Both the position numbers and the translations under genes were made by a program. From NCBI RefSeq assembly GCF_009914755.1, contig NC_060935.1: a stretch of 64,000 nt of DNA; one strand, given 5' to 3'. Source of the DNA: the human T2T-CHM13v2.0 reference genome, Homo sapiens. The notes beneath the pieces were generated by a model. The model saw only the letters and a program-made list of their open reading frames with translations, was not told the origin of the DNA and ran no database searches. Every line of letters starts with the position of its first letter. Within the stretch, counting starts at the first letter, position 1. This document shows positions 1 through 13,919 of the stretch, one piece after another.

Positions 1-1906
1 GTAAAATTTTAGTGTATAGCAGGACAATTAAAATCCCATTCCACCAGTCTGCATTCTGCCTCAAAAATCAATCCAAACATTTCAGAACTTACATTTATTC
101 ATGTTAAGACTCTATCTTCCCCAGATATAAAAATGTATCCAAGTTGATGATTTGACAGATTTAGGGACAGAATAGTTATATCTAGCCACATTAGATGGAT
201 AGCAAAATTAGCTGAGACATTTCTATTCCATGTTGCTAAGGAGAATGAGTCAGCCTCAGTGGAGGAATCAGATTGTGAAGGATGTGTTTTCTCAGTCAGA
301 GCAGGAAATGAAAACTTACGGAAGATTTTCTACTCATTCAGAGTATTCCTTCAGCTCTTACCTTCTGCTTTGTATTACAAGTGAGAAATAAGTATGTTTA
401 ATTATTACAAAATAATATTATAATGTGGGCTAGTTAACTTGTGGTAGTTTCTAACTCTTGTATCTTATTTATATTTCTAAGTATTGCAACTAGAGGGAAA
501 ATGGGATAAGGTAAATGAAGGGTCTATAATTTATTTAACAAATCAAAATCTCTTTCAATCCTTCTTTCGCCAAAATCTTTCTCTCTCTCTTTTATGCCTC
601 ACCATTGTTTTGGCAATCTCTGGATTATCTTTTCCTGCAAATATTGCAATCAATTACATTTTAAATCCACTGTCTATGTTATTTGCAATACATACTCTGG
701 AGAATTACAGTCTGTCTTAAAATGGGTATTGATGGGAAATGAACCTGCTTTGTTCTTTGCCTTTGCCTTTTAAATTCTAGTTTTTAAACTTTATCCTTTC
801 AATTCTATTCTGCCTTTTAAATATCTTAAGCCTTGTCAATAAAGCAGCTTTATGAAAAGAGTTTCTGGAATCATGGGAACATGGAAAGTGCTTTGGGAGT
901 TTTTATTCCACCATTCCCAGAGATCTTTTACATATTTGACATTGTGTTATTATGTGTCATTAACTCAAATGGATGTAACAATGTTGCAAATAGAAATACC
1001 ATGTGACATCTTTCGGTTTTTTTAAATTCTTACAAGCAGGTCATGATTAACAAATTTAGAGAAAATGACAAAATGTAACCTCCCACACTTGTTGCTAAAA
1101 TATGAAAAATTACATGCATGCAAAATGATCAGTTGACATAAGAAAGGCAGGTAGTAAATATACAAAAGTGAAAATACTCACCTTTGTTAAGTGACAATAA
1201 TGTGTATAAATGTATATTTGAGATCAAATTATGCATATAAATGTATATCAAGGAGCTGGTTTTTACACTAACACATTATTAAAAATTACAATTGTTGAAG
1301 CCATTGCTACCAAAACACAGTAAAATTGGAGCATGCCTATACTTTTTGCGTTGTAAGGTGGTATAGGCTTTTTGAAAAAACAAGGCAATATGTACCAATA
1401 TTTCTAATTACTTCAAAATTTGTCACCAAGGGATTTATCCAACAATTATAGCAAAACAGAAGCAGAAAACTTTATGTGCAGAAATGTTCAGTAGTATATA
1501 TTTAAAATTATGAAAAATCGAATTACATAACACTGAAATTTATGCATTAATACAAATGTCACTACATATCTGTTAAATTATAGTTACTATAAATATTTTT
1601 TAAATCCTGAAGAAAAGCCTTTTATAATGCTATGCAAAATCATAAATTTATGTTTGTATAATAGTTGCAATTTTATGTTTTTGTGTGCATATGTGTATTT
1701 TTACATCTTATTTTTCTTTTCAGAAGAATGAGAATATTACCTCCTTCATAATCTTATTCAAGGATTAAATGTGAAAATGCAAATAAAGTGCTCAGTTCAG
1801 TGTCCATCTCCTAGTAATCCTTCTATGGACGCAGTCTATTATTTCTATTTGTTGTAAACTGACATGAGCCAATTTGAACCTCACCACCATGTGTTATTTT
1901 TGGAGA

Positions 1907-2447
1907 TGGGGCAGACAGCCTCTAAAATGGTTTTTAGTGACCTCACCTTTTGATATCCATGTCCTTGTGTAATCCTCTTCTCCTGAGTGTGGGTTGTGCC
2001 TAGTGACTCATTTGTAACAAATAAAATTCTATAACAATGATGAAATATCTCTTTTGAGATTATGTTAAAAAAGACTATGATTTTCTCTTGCTTGTCCTTT
2101 CCTGTTCTTTCTCATTCTCTTCCTCTCACCTTCATGGATCTAGATATGTCACCGTGAGATTCCTTATGCAGAGGCCCATGTGGCAACAAACTGATGTGTC
2201 CTTCCAACAACCAGGCCTGAGACCTCACAAGACCCAACTGGGTAAGCCTGGAAGTGGATCCTCCACTCATCAAGCCTTGAGATGATTTCAATCAACACCT
2301 TGATTGTAAACTTGGGAGACACTGTGATTCAAATTCAGATGTCACACCTGAATTCTTAAACTATAGAAACAATGAGATTAAAAAAAACTTGTATTAAGCT
2401 ACGGAGCTTTGGAGTAATTTTCTAGGAAGCAATAGATAGCTAATAGA
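1907..2447 (+). mobile_element. ERVL-MaLR solo LTR, MLT1F-like
   Basis: Starts TGGGGCAGACAGCCTCTAAAATGG, contains TGTGTAATCC..TGAGTGTGGG..CTAGTGACTC, ends GCAATAGATAGCTAATAGA; matches recalled MLT1F termini. Confidence 0.75.
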
Positions 2448-2781
2448 TTTCACTGGTTTTATAGAATTATGGTTTGAGGATTCTTAGACACTATCCCCAT
2501 GTAAGGTAACATGTTTAAATGAAATAAAGTTTCAATTTAGATCTTGCCTAAAAACTTTCAATAGCAAGAAGACACAAACACACATACACATACACACACA
2601 CATATGCACTCATACACAATAACTATATGGCCTTGTTGTTTAAATTTGATGAAATTTTAGATCTTAAACTCATGAGAACTCCACCAAAAACTTTGTGTGA
2701 AAGTAGTCTTGAGGCAGATGCAACAATTTGTAACAGACATCTCAGCTAATTTTATGGTCAAATTAGGTAATATCAATTCTC

Positions 2782-3000
2782 CAGTGCATTGCTGTGCATA
2801 GAACATCCTGAGGTGATCAAAATATATTATGGTATATCTTGTCTATCCAACACTGTAGCCACTAGGTACATGTGGCCTTTCAGTACTTGAAATGTAGCTA
2901 GTGTGATAGATATTAAATTGTATGTAGTTAATCTTAGTGAATTTACATTTAAATTGCTTCATGTGGCTAGCTTCTATCAGATTGGACTGCACAGCTCTAG
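2782..3000 (+). mobile_element. hAT-Charlie MITE, MER3-like
   Basis: GTAGCCACTAGGTACATGTGGC...TTGAAATGTAGCTAGTG...CATGTGGCTAG...ATTGGACTGCACAG, the MER3/MER33 internal inverted pattern. Confidence 0.7.
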
Positions 3001-4321
3001 TAGGTGGTGAGACAAAAGAACCACATCTGAGTTCTAGACTAAGAGCACCAAGGGGAAAACTGGCTGCTAAAACTAACTAGATTTTTACATTCTTAATAAT
3101 GTCAGAGTACAGAGTACAATATTTCTAACAAATCCACAAATGTTAATATCATTTATTTCATCAATGAAAAAATATCTATCATCACTTATTGTAATTAGCA
3201 CAGTCTAGTGAAAATTATATAACCATATTAAAGCACTTGTAGAACAATATCCCTGGAGAGTATATTGTTGATTGGCAAGGTTCCAAAATTAACTTCCCTA
3301 GATAGAGGAAAGAACTAAGACATGCAGGCATTGTACACTACTTATACTGAAGTTGCTTAAAGCACATTGCAGATAATACAATGAGCGTAATTAGTATTAT
3401 TATTTACAATTTTATTTCGTGTAGAAGTAGAGAATTGATAATTACACAACAAAACCCTGGGCATTTGCAGTGAGAAGCACGGGAGACCTGATTTAATCAC
3501 ACATGAAATAATAGTGGCAATAACTTCTTCAGAGAATAAAATCATTTTGTAGAGATAATTCTGTTTAGATATGATCCTCCTGCTAAAAGGCAGCCTCTAT
3601 TATCTCTCCAAGCTGCTGAGCCACAGAGGAGGTGGTCCAGATAGCTGTGACACGCATTCTTAAAGAAGAGCAGACTCTCCTCATCTTATGATTTATTGAA
3701 TGTGCACAGTAGCTAGTAAGGACCACACTAGACAAGTCAATACACCCAGTGAAGATCTGGATTGATCTACTATATGCTGAGAGACACATTTCTTTTAATT
3801 AATGCAGATGCTGCAGTGCCATTTCAATGTAAAATGATGTGAGAATTTGAAGATTAGTGGGTAACATAAAATTGTGATGAATTAGAAAAAAAAAAGATGC
3901 TGGTAACATCAGGTCTGTGCTATTTTCCTTTGTGATATCTGCACAATGGTCTTAGTTTTTACCTGGAGGGGAAGCACTAGATATTAATATGAAAACTTAC
4001 TAAACCTTATATTTAAAATATTAGATCTTTCTCTATACTTACACATGCACACACATATGCACACATGCTTACATTACGATTATTGCATATGTATACGTGC
4101 CTATATATAACGTTATATGCACACATATGTTTATATACATATATAGCATCATTACATATGGTTTTGTAATATATATTTGCATGTATTCTAATTTTATATG
4201 GGGGCTTAGTTTCTCATTGTTTCAGTGACTTCATTTTACATTGGTCTTAATTATCTCTTTTGGTATTGGTAAATATATATTTAATCTGCTGCCTACAAAA
4301 GGCAGCAACATTATACATATT

Positions 4322-4515
4322 TGTCTGGGTTTCCTCATCTGTAAGTTGAGTGTAATAATGCCTACTTCATAAGGTTATTATTAGGATTATATATAATCCT
4401 ATTATATATATAATAAATAATAATCCTATTTTATATATATAATAAAATATATATATATTAGGATATATATATAAATTGTTTGGCACAAAACAGTTGCTTT
4501 GTGAGGAATAGCCAT
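4322..4515 (+). mobile_element. MIR fragment interrupted by a TA-rich palindromic insertion
   Basis: MIR core GTTTCCTCATCTGTAA...AATAATGCCTACTTCATAAGGTT..TAGGATT, resuming at TTTGGCACA after the TA-rich block. Confidence 0.65.
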
Positions 4516-4924
4516 ATCATCATTTATTTCACTAAAGTAAAAAACATATAACGTGTGCAATAAACACATTGAATTTCCACTATGAATACTTTGTGTTAAA
4601 AATACACATTAGTTTATTGTTTATCATAACTGTGATGTCCAATTATAATTTATTAACAATCTCAACTTATTTTGATGATAGACTACTGAGAAATGTTATG
4701 GTATAATTTATTAAAGATGATCACCTTCAACTCTTACTAGTAAAATTTTAAATAATGACTTAAACATCTTAACCTAAATTTATTTTATTAGGAGGTAGTT
4801 AAGTAAAAATATTCAACATTCATATCAAAAGGAAATTATTTACATACAGATAAATGACTTTTTTCTGGTGTTACACTAAGGAATATGGGTACATTTAAAA
4901 TAATTTTCAGCATTTTCTTGGGAC

Positions 4925-7900
4925 AGATCTCCCAGACAGAGCAGGCAGAACACCATTTCTGCTGCCCCACAGCGCTCAAAGTTGTTACTCCCCGGCTCTG
5001 GAAGGTTCTCAGTGACTAGAGACTGGTGCGGACCCCCAGCACAGTGTAGCCACCCCCATGAAAACGTGGTAAGACTATTTCCCATGTGGGTTCACTTCTT
5101 ACTGGGTGGGTCATCCTGGCCTGAGACTCCAGCACAACTACCATGCCCCTGCCTGAACACCTCAGTCAGAGGCAGTTCTGAATTTCTGTTAGAAGGAACT
5201 TCAGAGACAAACCACAGCCCCTCTGCCTTTGCAACTGCAGGGCTACTTCCCTGACCAGCCTCAGGCTGGGGAAGGAACAAAAGGCCTGGTCATTACTCTA
5301 GCACCTCCAGCACACAGCAGCCATTATACAAAAAGAAGCCCAGTCTCCCTTCCCTGTGAGCTCCTATACCCCACTCATCACCAGGCAGGGCCCCCAAGAT
5401 CAAGACAGCACAAGAGCCACCCCACCCCAAGCTGAGCATACCCACAGGTAGTGGCTCTGTGTTTCCCTTGGGAGGGGCTTCCAGAGGCAACTGACAGGCC
5501 CTCTAATACTGCAATGGCAGGGGTTTTGCCCCTGTAGCCTTTGGTCTGATGAAGAAACAAAGAACCTGAGGGCTTCATTTGTGCCTCCAGCACATCACAG
5601 CCACCACAGGGAGAGGAGCCTAGTGTCTCCTCCCTGGGAGCACTCAACACCCCACCTCTCATCCCACTGTCTTCAGCAGGTAGAGCCCTCAGCTAGAGCC
5701 AGCAGCTCAGTCATCCAGCCCCTGGCTGAACATTCCTGGTAACACTGGCTTCACGTTTCTCTGAGGTAGAGCTCCCAGAGACAACTGAAAATACCTCTAT
5801 CCACTGCCACTGGATAGTATAGAGTATAGTAGTACTATCCTTGTTGTCCTCAGACTGGAGAAGGAGCAAAGCCCCTTGAGTGATTTAACCACACCTCCAG
5901 CAAGCTGCAGTTCCCCTAAGAAGGAGAGGCCAGTCTGTCTCCCTGATGACCTCCCTACTTGACCTCCCTGACCTCCCTACTTAGGGGCAAGATCCCCTAA
6001 CTTGGGCCCACAGCACAACTGCCCCACCCCAGGCTGATCACACTGATCGATAGTGCTTCTACATCTCTCTTAGGGAACCCTCAAGAGACAACTGAAAAAA
6101 TCTCTCTCACAACCATCATCAAGATCCCATTCCCTGCTGCCTCCAAGCTGGGGAGAGAACATAAAGCTTGAGCTCGCCTCAGACCAGTGGTATACAGCTC
6201 AGGACAGCCAAGGTGAGATCTGCAACCAACACTCAAGTGGAAGAGGAGCACACACTTTCAGACCACTGAGGGGGTGCATGACTGCAATCGTGAGCAAAAT
6301 ACAGATGAGCATGTGGCTGAAGAAGAGTCTACCTACTGGCCATTATATTTAAGCACCATCTACTGCATCACAGTGTAACATCAACAGCAAAAATACTTTG
6401 TTAATATACCCCCTGGGGAACTAAGGACAATAATTTAACTACAAATAAAGACCCTACCTAAAGCCTTAGCCCTCTGAAAATATCCAGAAAAAAAAGTCTA
6501 CTGACTGTACTCAAATTACACTGCAGTTAAAGGAACATCAACCCACACAGATAACAAAGAAACATGAGAACTCTGGCAACTCAAAAAAGCCAGAGTGTCT
6601 TTTTTCCTCCAAATGACTACATTAATTCCCCAGTAAGGGATCTTAACTTGGCCGAAATGGCTAATATTACAGAAATAGATTTCAGAATATGGTCAGGAAG
6701 GAAGATCATTGAGATTCAGGAGAAAGTCAAAACCCAATCCAAGAAATATAAAGATTACAATAAAATGATAAAATACAAGAGCTGATACACAAAATGGTCA
6801 TTATAAGAAGAATGAAACTGACCTGATAGAGCTGAAAAATGCACTATAAGTGTTTCATAATGCAATTGCAAGTATTAACAGCATAATAGACCAAGCTGAA
6901 AGAATATCAGAGCTTAAGGACTGGTTCTTTGAAATAACTCATTCAATCAAAAATAAAGAGAAAAGAATAAAAGATGAATAAACAAGACCTCTGAGAAATA
7001 TAGGATTATATAAAGAAACCAAATCTATGACTCATTGGCATCCCTGAAAGAGCTAGGGAAAAAGCAATCAACTTGGAAAACATATTTCAGGTTATCACCC
7101 ACAAAATCTTCCTCAACCTCACTAGAGAGGACAAAATTCAAATCCAGGAAATTTGGAGAACTCATACAAGATACTACAAAAGACCATCCCCGAGACACAT
7201 AATCATCAGATTCCCCAAGGTCAAAATGTAAGAAAAAAATGCTAAAGGAAACTAGAAAGAAAGGACAGGTCACCTACAAAGAGGACCCCATCAGGCTAAC
7301 AGCAGACCTTTCAGTAGAAACTCTACAAGCCAGAGGAGACGGGGGCCTATATTCAGCATTCTGAAAGGAAGAAATTCCAACCAAGAATTTTGTATCCAGC
7401 CAAACTAAGCTTTGTAAGTGAATGAGAAACAGAATCCGTTTTAGAGAAGCAAGTGCCGAGGGAATTTTTTACCACCATTCTTGCCTAACAAGAGGTCCTA
7501 AAAGGAGCACTACATATGGAAAGAAAAGACTGTTACCAGCCACTACAAAAACACACTTAAGTACACAGACCACTGACACTACAAAGCAACCACACAAACA
7601 AGTTTGCATAAATAATAGCTAACAACACAATAACATGATCAAATCCACAATATAAATATTAACTTTGAATATAAATGGGCTAAACGCCCCCATTTAAAAG
7701 GCACAGAGGGGCAAGCTTGATAAAGAAGCAAGATATAGTTAATGCTGTCTTCAAGAGGTCTGTCTCACATGCAGTGACACCCATAGGATCACAATAAAGG
7801 GAGAGAGAAAAATCTACCAAGCAAATGGAAAGTAGAAATTACCAGGGTTTGCTATTCTAATTTCAGACAAAACAGACTTTAAAGCAACAAACATTTTTAA

Positions 7901-9422
7901 AAAAGGAAATTACATAATGCTATAGGGTTCAATTCAACAAGAAGACGTAACTATCCTAAATACATATGCACTCAACACAAGAGCATTCAGATTCATAAAG
8001 CAAGTTCTTACAGACCTCTGAAGAGACTTAGATTTCCACACAATAATAGTAGGAAACTATAACACCCAAATGACCATATTAGACAGATTATCAAATTAAC
8101 AGGGATTAACAAAAAAATTAACAGAGATATTCAGAACTTGAATTTGATGCTTTACCAAGTAGACCTACTAGACATCTACAGAGTTCTTCACCCCAAAACA
8201 ACAGGATATACATTCTTCTCATCACAACATGGCACATACAGTAAAATTGATCAGAAAATCAGACATTTAAAAATCCCTTAGCAAATTCAGAAAAACTGAA
8301 ATCATACCAACCACACCGTTAGGCCACAACACAATAAAAATAGAAATCAATACTAAGAAAATATCTCAAAATCATACAACTACATGAAAATTAAACAATC
8401 TCCCATTAAATGACTTTTGGGTAAATAATGAAATTAAGGTAGAAACCAAGAAATACTATGAAACTAATGAGAACAAAAATTCAACATATATTTGGGACAT
8501 AGCCCAGGCAGTGTTAAGAGGGAAGTTCATAGCACTAAGCACCAACACCAAAAAGTTATAACAATCTCAAATTAACAACCTAACATCACAACTAGAGGAT
8601 CTAGATAAAAAAGAAAAAAAAAATACCCGAAGAAATAACCAAAATCAGAGCTGAATTGAAGAAAAATGAGATGCAAGAAAACATACAAAAGAGTAATAAT
8701 TTAGGAATTTCTCCATGAAAAAATTAATAAGAGACAGCTAGCTAGACAAATAAAATACAAAAGGGAGAAGAGCCAAATAAATAGAAATAACAAAGAGGAC
8801 ATTGCCACTGAATTATAGAAATACAAAAAAAAAAAAAAAAACTCAGAGACTACCATGAACACCTTTATGCACAAAAACTAGAAAAGCTAGAAGAAATGGA
8901 TGAATTCCTGAACACATACAACATCCCAAGATTGAACCAGGAAGAAATTGAATCCTTGAACAGACTAATAATGAGTTCCGAAATGGAATCAGTAATGAAA
9001 ACCTACCACTACCAACAACAAAAAGCCAGGCAGATTCATAGCTGAATTTTACTAGATGCATGAAGAAGAGCTGGTATCATTCCCACTGAAACTTTCCCAA
9101 ACATTGAGGAGAAGGGTCTCATCCCTAACTCATTCTACATGGCCAGCAACATTTTGGAACCCAAACCTGATAGAGACATAACAACAACAACAACAAAAAC
9201 CTTCAGACCAATATCCTGGAAGAACATAGATGCAAAAATCTTCGACAAAATGTTAGCAAACCCAATCCAGCATCACATCCAAAAGCTCATCCACCACAAT
9301 CAAACAGGCTTTATTCCTAGAATGTAAGGTTGGAATATACACAATATGCACAAATCAATAAATGTGACTCATCACATGTATATTTCAATAGCTGCAGAAA
9401 AGGTTTTCAATAAAATTCAATA
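4925..9422 (+). mobile_element. Older primate LINE-1 (L1PA13-16/L1PREC2-like): 5' UTR, decayed ORF1 (~6550-7560) and first ~1.8 kb of decayed ORF2; 3'-truncated
   Basis: GAGAACTCTGGCAACTCAAAAAGCCAGAGTGTC at ORF1 start; EN-domain start near 7635 (ATATTAACTTTGAATATAAATGGGCTAAACGCCCC); ORF track 9139 [20 protein letters not shown] matches the ORF2 RT region. Confidence 0.9.
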
Positions 9423-9632
9423 TTAATAGGGACAAGAAGCAAACAAATTCTAGGCAGAAAAGGGTGGATCCTTGGCAAAACCCCACCTTCAAGCCAGAAA
9501 GCCTGAAACCATAGCACAAAGTCAGAACTTATATCTCTGCTTTTCCACTAGAATCCTGCCTTTTCGTAAATCACGCATGGCCACACCTTACCCCATCTTG
9601 TGCCTATAAAAACCCCGCATTCAGCTGGTAGA
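9423..9632 (+). mobile_element. 5' portion of an ERV1-class LTR (MER50/MER52/LTR1-like)
   Basis: TAATAGGGACAAGAAGCAAACAAATTCTAGGCAGAAAAGGG...AAAACCCCACCTTCAAGCC...TATA-like GTGCCTATAAAAACCCC; ends abruptly. Confidence 0.6.
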
Positions 9633-10559
9633 TGAGACTTAGTGCCATTTCAAAGCAGTTAATATGATAATATTAACCAGACAGTCAACCATTGTATAAC
9701 ATTTCGTGGAAACAATTTCTGCTATCTTCAACCTGAATTTAAGAAAATAAGGGCTACCAAATTGTAGAAGGTTGAAATTTGTGATTAGCGCAACAGACAG
9801 TTATGCTATAATTAGCAGTCACACAGACACATGTAAATATCCCTCTCCCTGAAACTGATCTTCCAAGCATTGAATATTCATCATGCTTTCCCAAGCTACT
9901 CATATTATGTTTTACAATAGCACTGCAGAAAATTTTGTTGTAGAATGTATAGAACACATTAACAGAACATGCACCTAGGGGTAACTATCAGTCCTACAGA
10001 CCAAGGTTACCAGTATATGCTGTGGTGCTATGCACCATACATAATCTTATCAAATCCAAAGGTTAGGGTATGGAAAAGCTAAAGTAATTCCTTGGTTGAA
10101 CATAACATAGTTTTCTGTCTTTTTTTTTCGAAATAGAAATTTAAGAACCTTTTTTCCACAAGAACATAATTTTTCTTATCTTCTTCTTAGAGTATTTTCT
10201 GGTCTTCTTAGAGTATTTACCAGTAATATTAGGAAACAATTTATAAGCTGCTATGCATAAGTGTAGTGTCTTTCATGATTAGTGCCTTAGTGCCGTTAAT
10301 TGAAGAAACAATAATCTTCCAGAAAAAGTTTTCATGGTTAGTACTGTTTTACTTCCTTCTTCCCTTTCTCCTTTTCTTCCTTCCTTGTTGTTGTTTTGTC
10401 CCTGTTTTTCTTCCACGCACACATGCGCATGTGCACAAACACACACAATACACAGCAAATTGGAAGCTTTCATGTTTGTTTTATTGGGACTCTTATCAGG
10501 CTTTGAATTTAGCTCAGACTGGATGCAAATCTTAGACCTGACAATCAGCTTTGTGACTC

Positions 10560-11075
10560 TGGTTGTATTACATAGTTTTATAACAAATTACACAAACGAA
10601 GATGTTTTAGACAATGCTCATTTATTATCCCACATTGTCCATAGATCAGAAGTCTGGGCATAGTAGAGTTATCTGCTCAAGGTCTCACAAAACTAAAATA
10701 AAGGTGTCAATCAGGGCTACTCATCTGAAATTCAGGTTCCCTTTTAAGCTCATGAGGTTTTTAGAAAAATTCATTTCCTTGAAGCTATGGAATTTATGGA
10801 GGCTGTTTCTGCAGGGCCAGCAAGGGAGAGTTACTCCGACCACCAGACTTTGTTTTAAAAGCTTACTTAGCTAGATAAGCGTAACTAGGTAATTTCATTT
10901 TTGATTAGCTCTAATTAGAGACCTTAATTCCATTTGCAAAATTCGATTTTGCCATGTAACATAATCACAAAAGTGATACTCCCTCATATTCAAAGATCTC
11001 ACTGACACTCAAAGAAAGGGTATGATATACAGATGTGGATCATTCAGAGTAATGTATTTATTCTGCTTGACACTA
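10560..11075 (-). mobile_element. ERVL-MaLR solo LTR, MLT1E-like
   Basis: ATAACAAATTAC..., TCAGAAGTCTGGGCATAG, GACCTTAATTCCATTTGCAAAAT, GTAACATAATCAC...CACTCAAAG: reverse MLT1 motifs. Confidence 0.6.
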
Positions 11076-13919
11076 TGAGCAAACTGCATAATATTTGTTT
11101 GCTTTTTAGACTCCTAACTAGCATGCTCTGAAAAATTACTGAGAAGAGTGAAAGATTAAATACTATAATCAATATAAGCCAGTCTATATTGCTGTAGTAG
11201 ACATCTTTTGGATGTTTGCATATTCACTATGTCACCTTTTTTTCTGGAAAGCTCACCCTCTTTCCAACCTCCAGGTGAAAGACTCTAGAATTCCTAACCC
11301 TGCCCAAATGCTACAGTTGGTTGAATGGCTAGTCTACAGATTGCTCAGATACTCAGGAATTTGGAACTGGGATACATAGACATCTTATGACTGTGATTGA
11401 GGGAGATGTGTGTGTTGTATGTACAAGAAGCAGAGAAAGTCTATTTGAAAAGAGTGAGCACAAAATTGCATTACCAGCCTAACAAAATTCAGTCTCTACT
11501 GTGTAAATTCAAGGCTTTAAAATTTTCACTCATCTTTTTCATAATCAAAATTATTTGGCTGTTGCAAGAACTGGCAGGTGTATAATAATTCCTTGTATTG
11601 TTCTCTGCTCCCTTTAGCTTCTGGTTTAGGGTTATTTATCTTGTCAGGTCCCTACAGCTTTGCAGTGCCCTTCACTGGCCCCTATTTGCAAGGTTCACAC
11701 ACTCTACATTTTGTTGTCCTCTCTTCAGTTTGCTTTCCATCCTTTACTACGAGTTTGTCAATTTCCATTGCCTACTTGGGGGACCATAAGGGTATTAGTA
11801 GATACTTCTCTTTATTTCATGTTGAAATGTATAAGATCTGGAGACCTTCTGTAGTAATTATGATTTTATTGTTTAGCACTAAATACAGAAATGTATTGTT
11901 CAATTAATTTCTAGTGTGAAAATGGAAACTAGTAATAATTAATCTGGGACAAGAAGTGCAATGGTATTTTCTCTGTACATTGGAAAATATGATCGCTGTG
12001 AAGTAGAATACAGTGTTGTAATGTGATACACTGCAAGCTAACCACATTATCTGCAAAGACTGTCAAGTAATGCAAAATCACATAGGGGTTTAGCACTGGA
12101 AAGATCAGAATGCCAGACTCTTTAAAGCCCTGTAAATCTTCGTCTTTCCAGAGCTGGTCCAACTCTTACTACTTAGAAGGGGAAAACTAGAACTAAATGA
12201 GTTTAATTTTATAATCACTTAATGCAATTTAATTATTTTAAATAATTGTATATTACTTTGCAACCAGCAACACAGTGAACTGTTAGAACATTTTATTGCA
12301 AAAAGTTTCTTTGTTCCTGTTTTAATAATTCATTTTTAGAGATAAATTTTATGCCTTCTTCCTTCAAAACTTTAAATTTTAATGTTGCGATAGAAGCCTT
12401 TTTTTCAAGTTCCTGACTCTTACAATTGAAAATAATAAATTTTCATACTACTGTCTCCACTGTTGATTTATTAAAGTTAAAATAGGGTGGAAAAAATTCA
12501 GAAACATGACCCTTTATGTTAATTTGCATAATCTCATCCATAGAAAATAAGTCTCACATCTAGGTTTAACTAATTAAGAGAAAATAAGTGGAATTAGTAA
12601 GAAGAAAGTGAAAATGTAATAAGTAATTTTACTAATAATATTCATCAAAATTATTATAAAAATTTATAAAACATCAATAAAAGGTAGACTCTAACGGCAC
12701 TTTGAAAATATTCATATATTGTTGAATTTACAACTTTTGGACATTTGTATTAATTCAGGTTCACCTAAAGAAGTAGAACCACTTCTTTGTTTCCCATAAA
12801 CATTATAAGAATAATGTTTAAGAATAAGAATAATTTATCTATGAATTAGATCTTACACACCAGTGGGAGTTGATAGAGACATGAAGTCTGGAAAGGTAAA
12901 TCAGAGGATTGCAGAAAATATCCTTAACATGTCTGTCTGAAGTACTAGCTTGGGTAGACAAGCTGCATCATAAAAAACAGAAAAGGAAAAGTACATCAAC
13001 TGAATAAAATAAAATCATGAAAGAGGAATATATATACAAGCCTTTGGGGAGCCATTACCTGTGTGTATGTACTTCCTCTGTGAATCTCTAGCCAAGCATC
13101 TATTGATGCTCCTGGTACCACTAGTATTGAACACAGGAAGATAAGTTGGATGCAAAGTCAGGAAGTATTAGTTCAAATGGAACCCAATGAACATCTTTGT
13201 GATTATTGGTTCTATATCTAACTTCAGTGGCCTCTCAAGTGCAATGTTGCTGCTTCTATTCTGCAGTACAAGTCTCATGGAAATTCCTTTTTTGGACATT
13301 CTGACTTGAAACCATATAGCAAAGATGGTTCTGGGAAAGCTTCACAAACTGATGTGGTATAATACTTCAAAATATCAGTTGAATAGAAATTAATCATGGA
13401 CAAAATCAATACCAATGATAATATCAATAAAACCAGTAAGTTACAGTTAGTGATTTAGAGGTCTATAGTATGGAATGACATGGACATAGTGTTTACACAT
13501 GAATTTCTTTTTTTCATATAATCATGAAGGAAATATAAAAGAAAAATAATATTTATTAAAACATAATAGATAAGCCACTGTACTATGAGATTTTGATATA
13601 TTCCCTCTTTCAAACCTGAAAAAAAACTATGCTTAATTATAAATATTCACTTTTACAATGTGTCAGATTTAAGGCTAAGAATCACATATGAACTTTGATT
13701 TACTTCATAGTTATTTTAGATGAGATAGGTGAAACAAAACTGAGAAAACTGAATTTCATATCAATAGCTCTCTTTGAATCCTCCTTATGCTAAAAAGACA
13801 GTAATAGATATGGCATTGTAAACCTCATTCAGTATATAATCCAATACTCAAGTCCTCATATAATTCACTCACCAGTGAATAGAAGCTGAAAAGTAATGAC
13901 AATGAAATATTCTGAATTT

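Noticed and set aside
12745-13350. Possible very old LTR (TGTATTAATTCAGGTTC...GGTTCTGGGAAA)
   Set aside because: Only the termini look LTR-like; family cannot be assigned by eye
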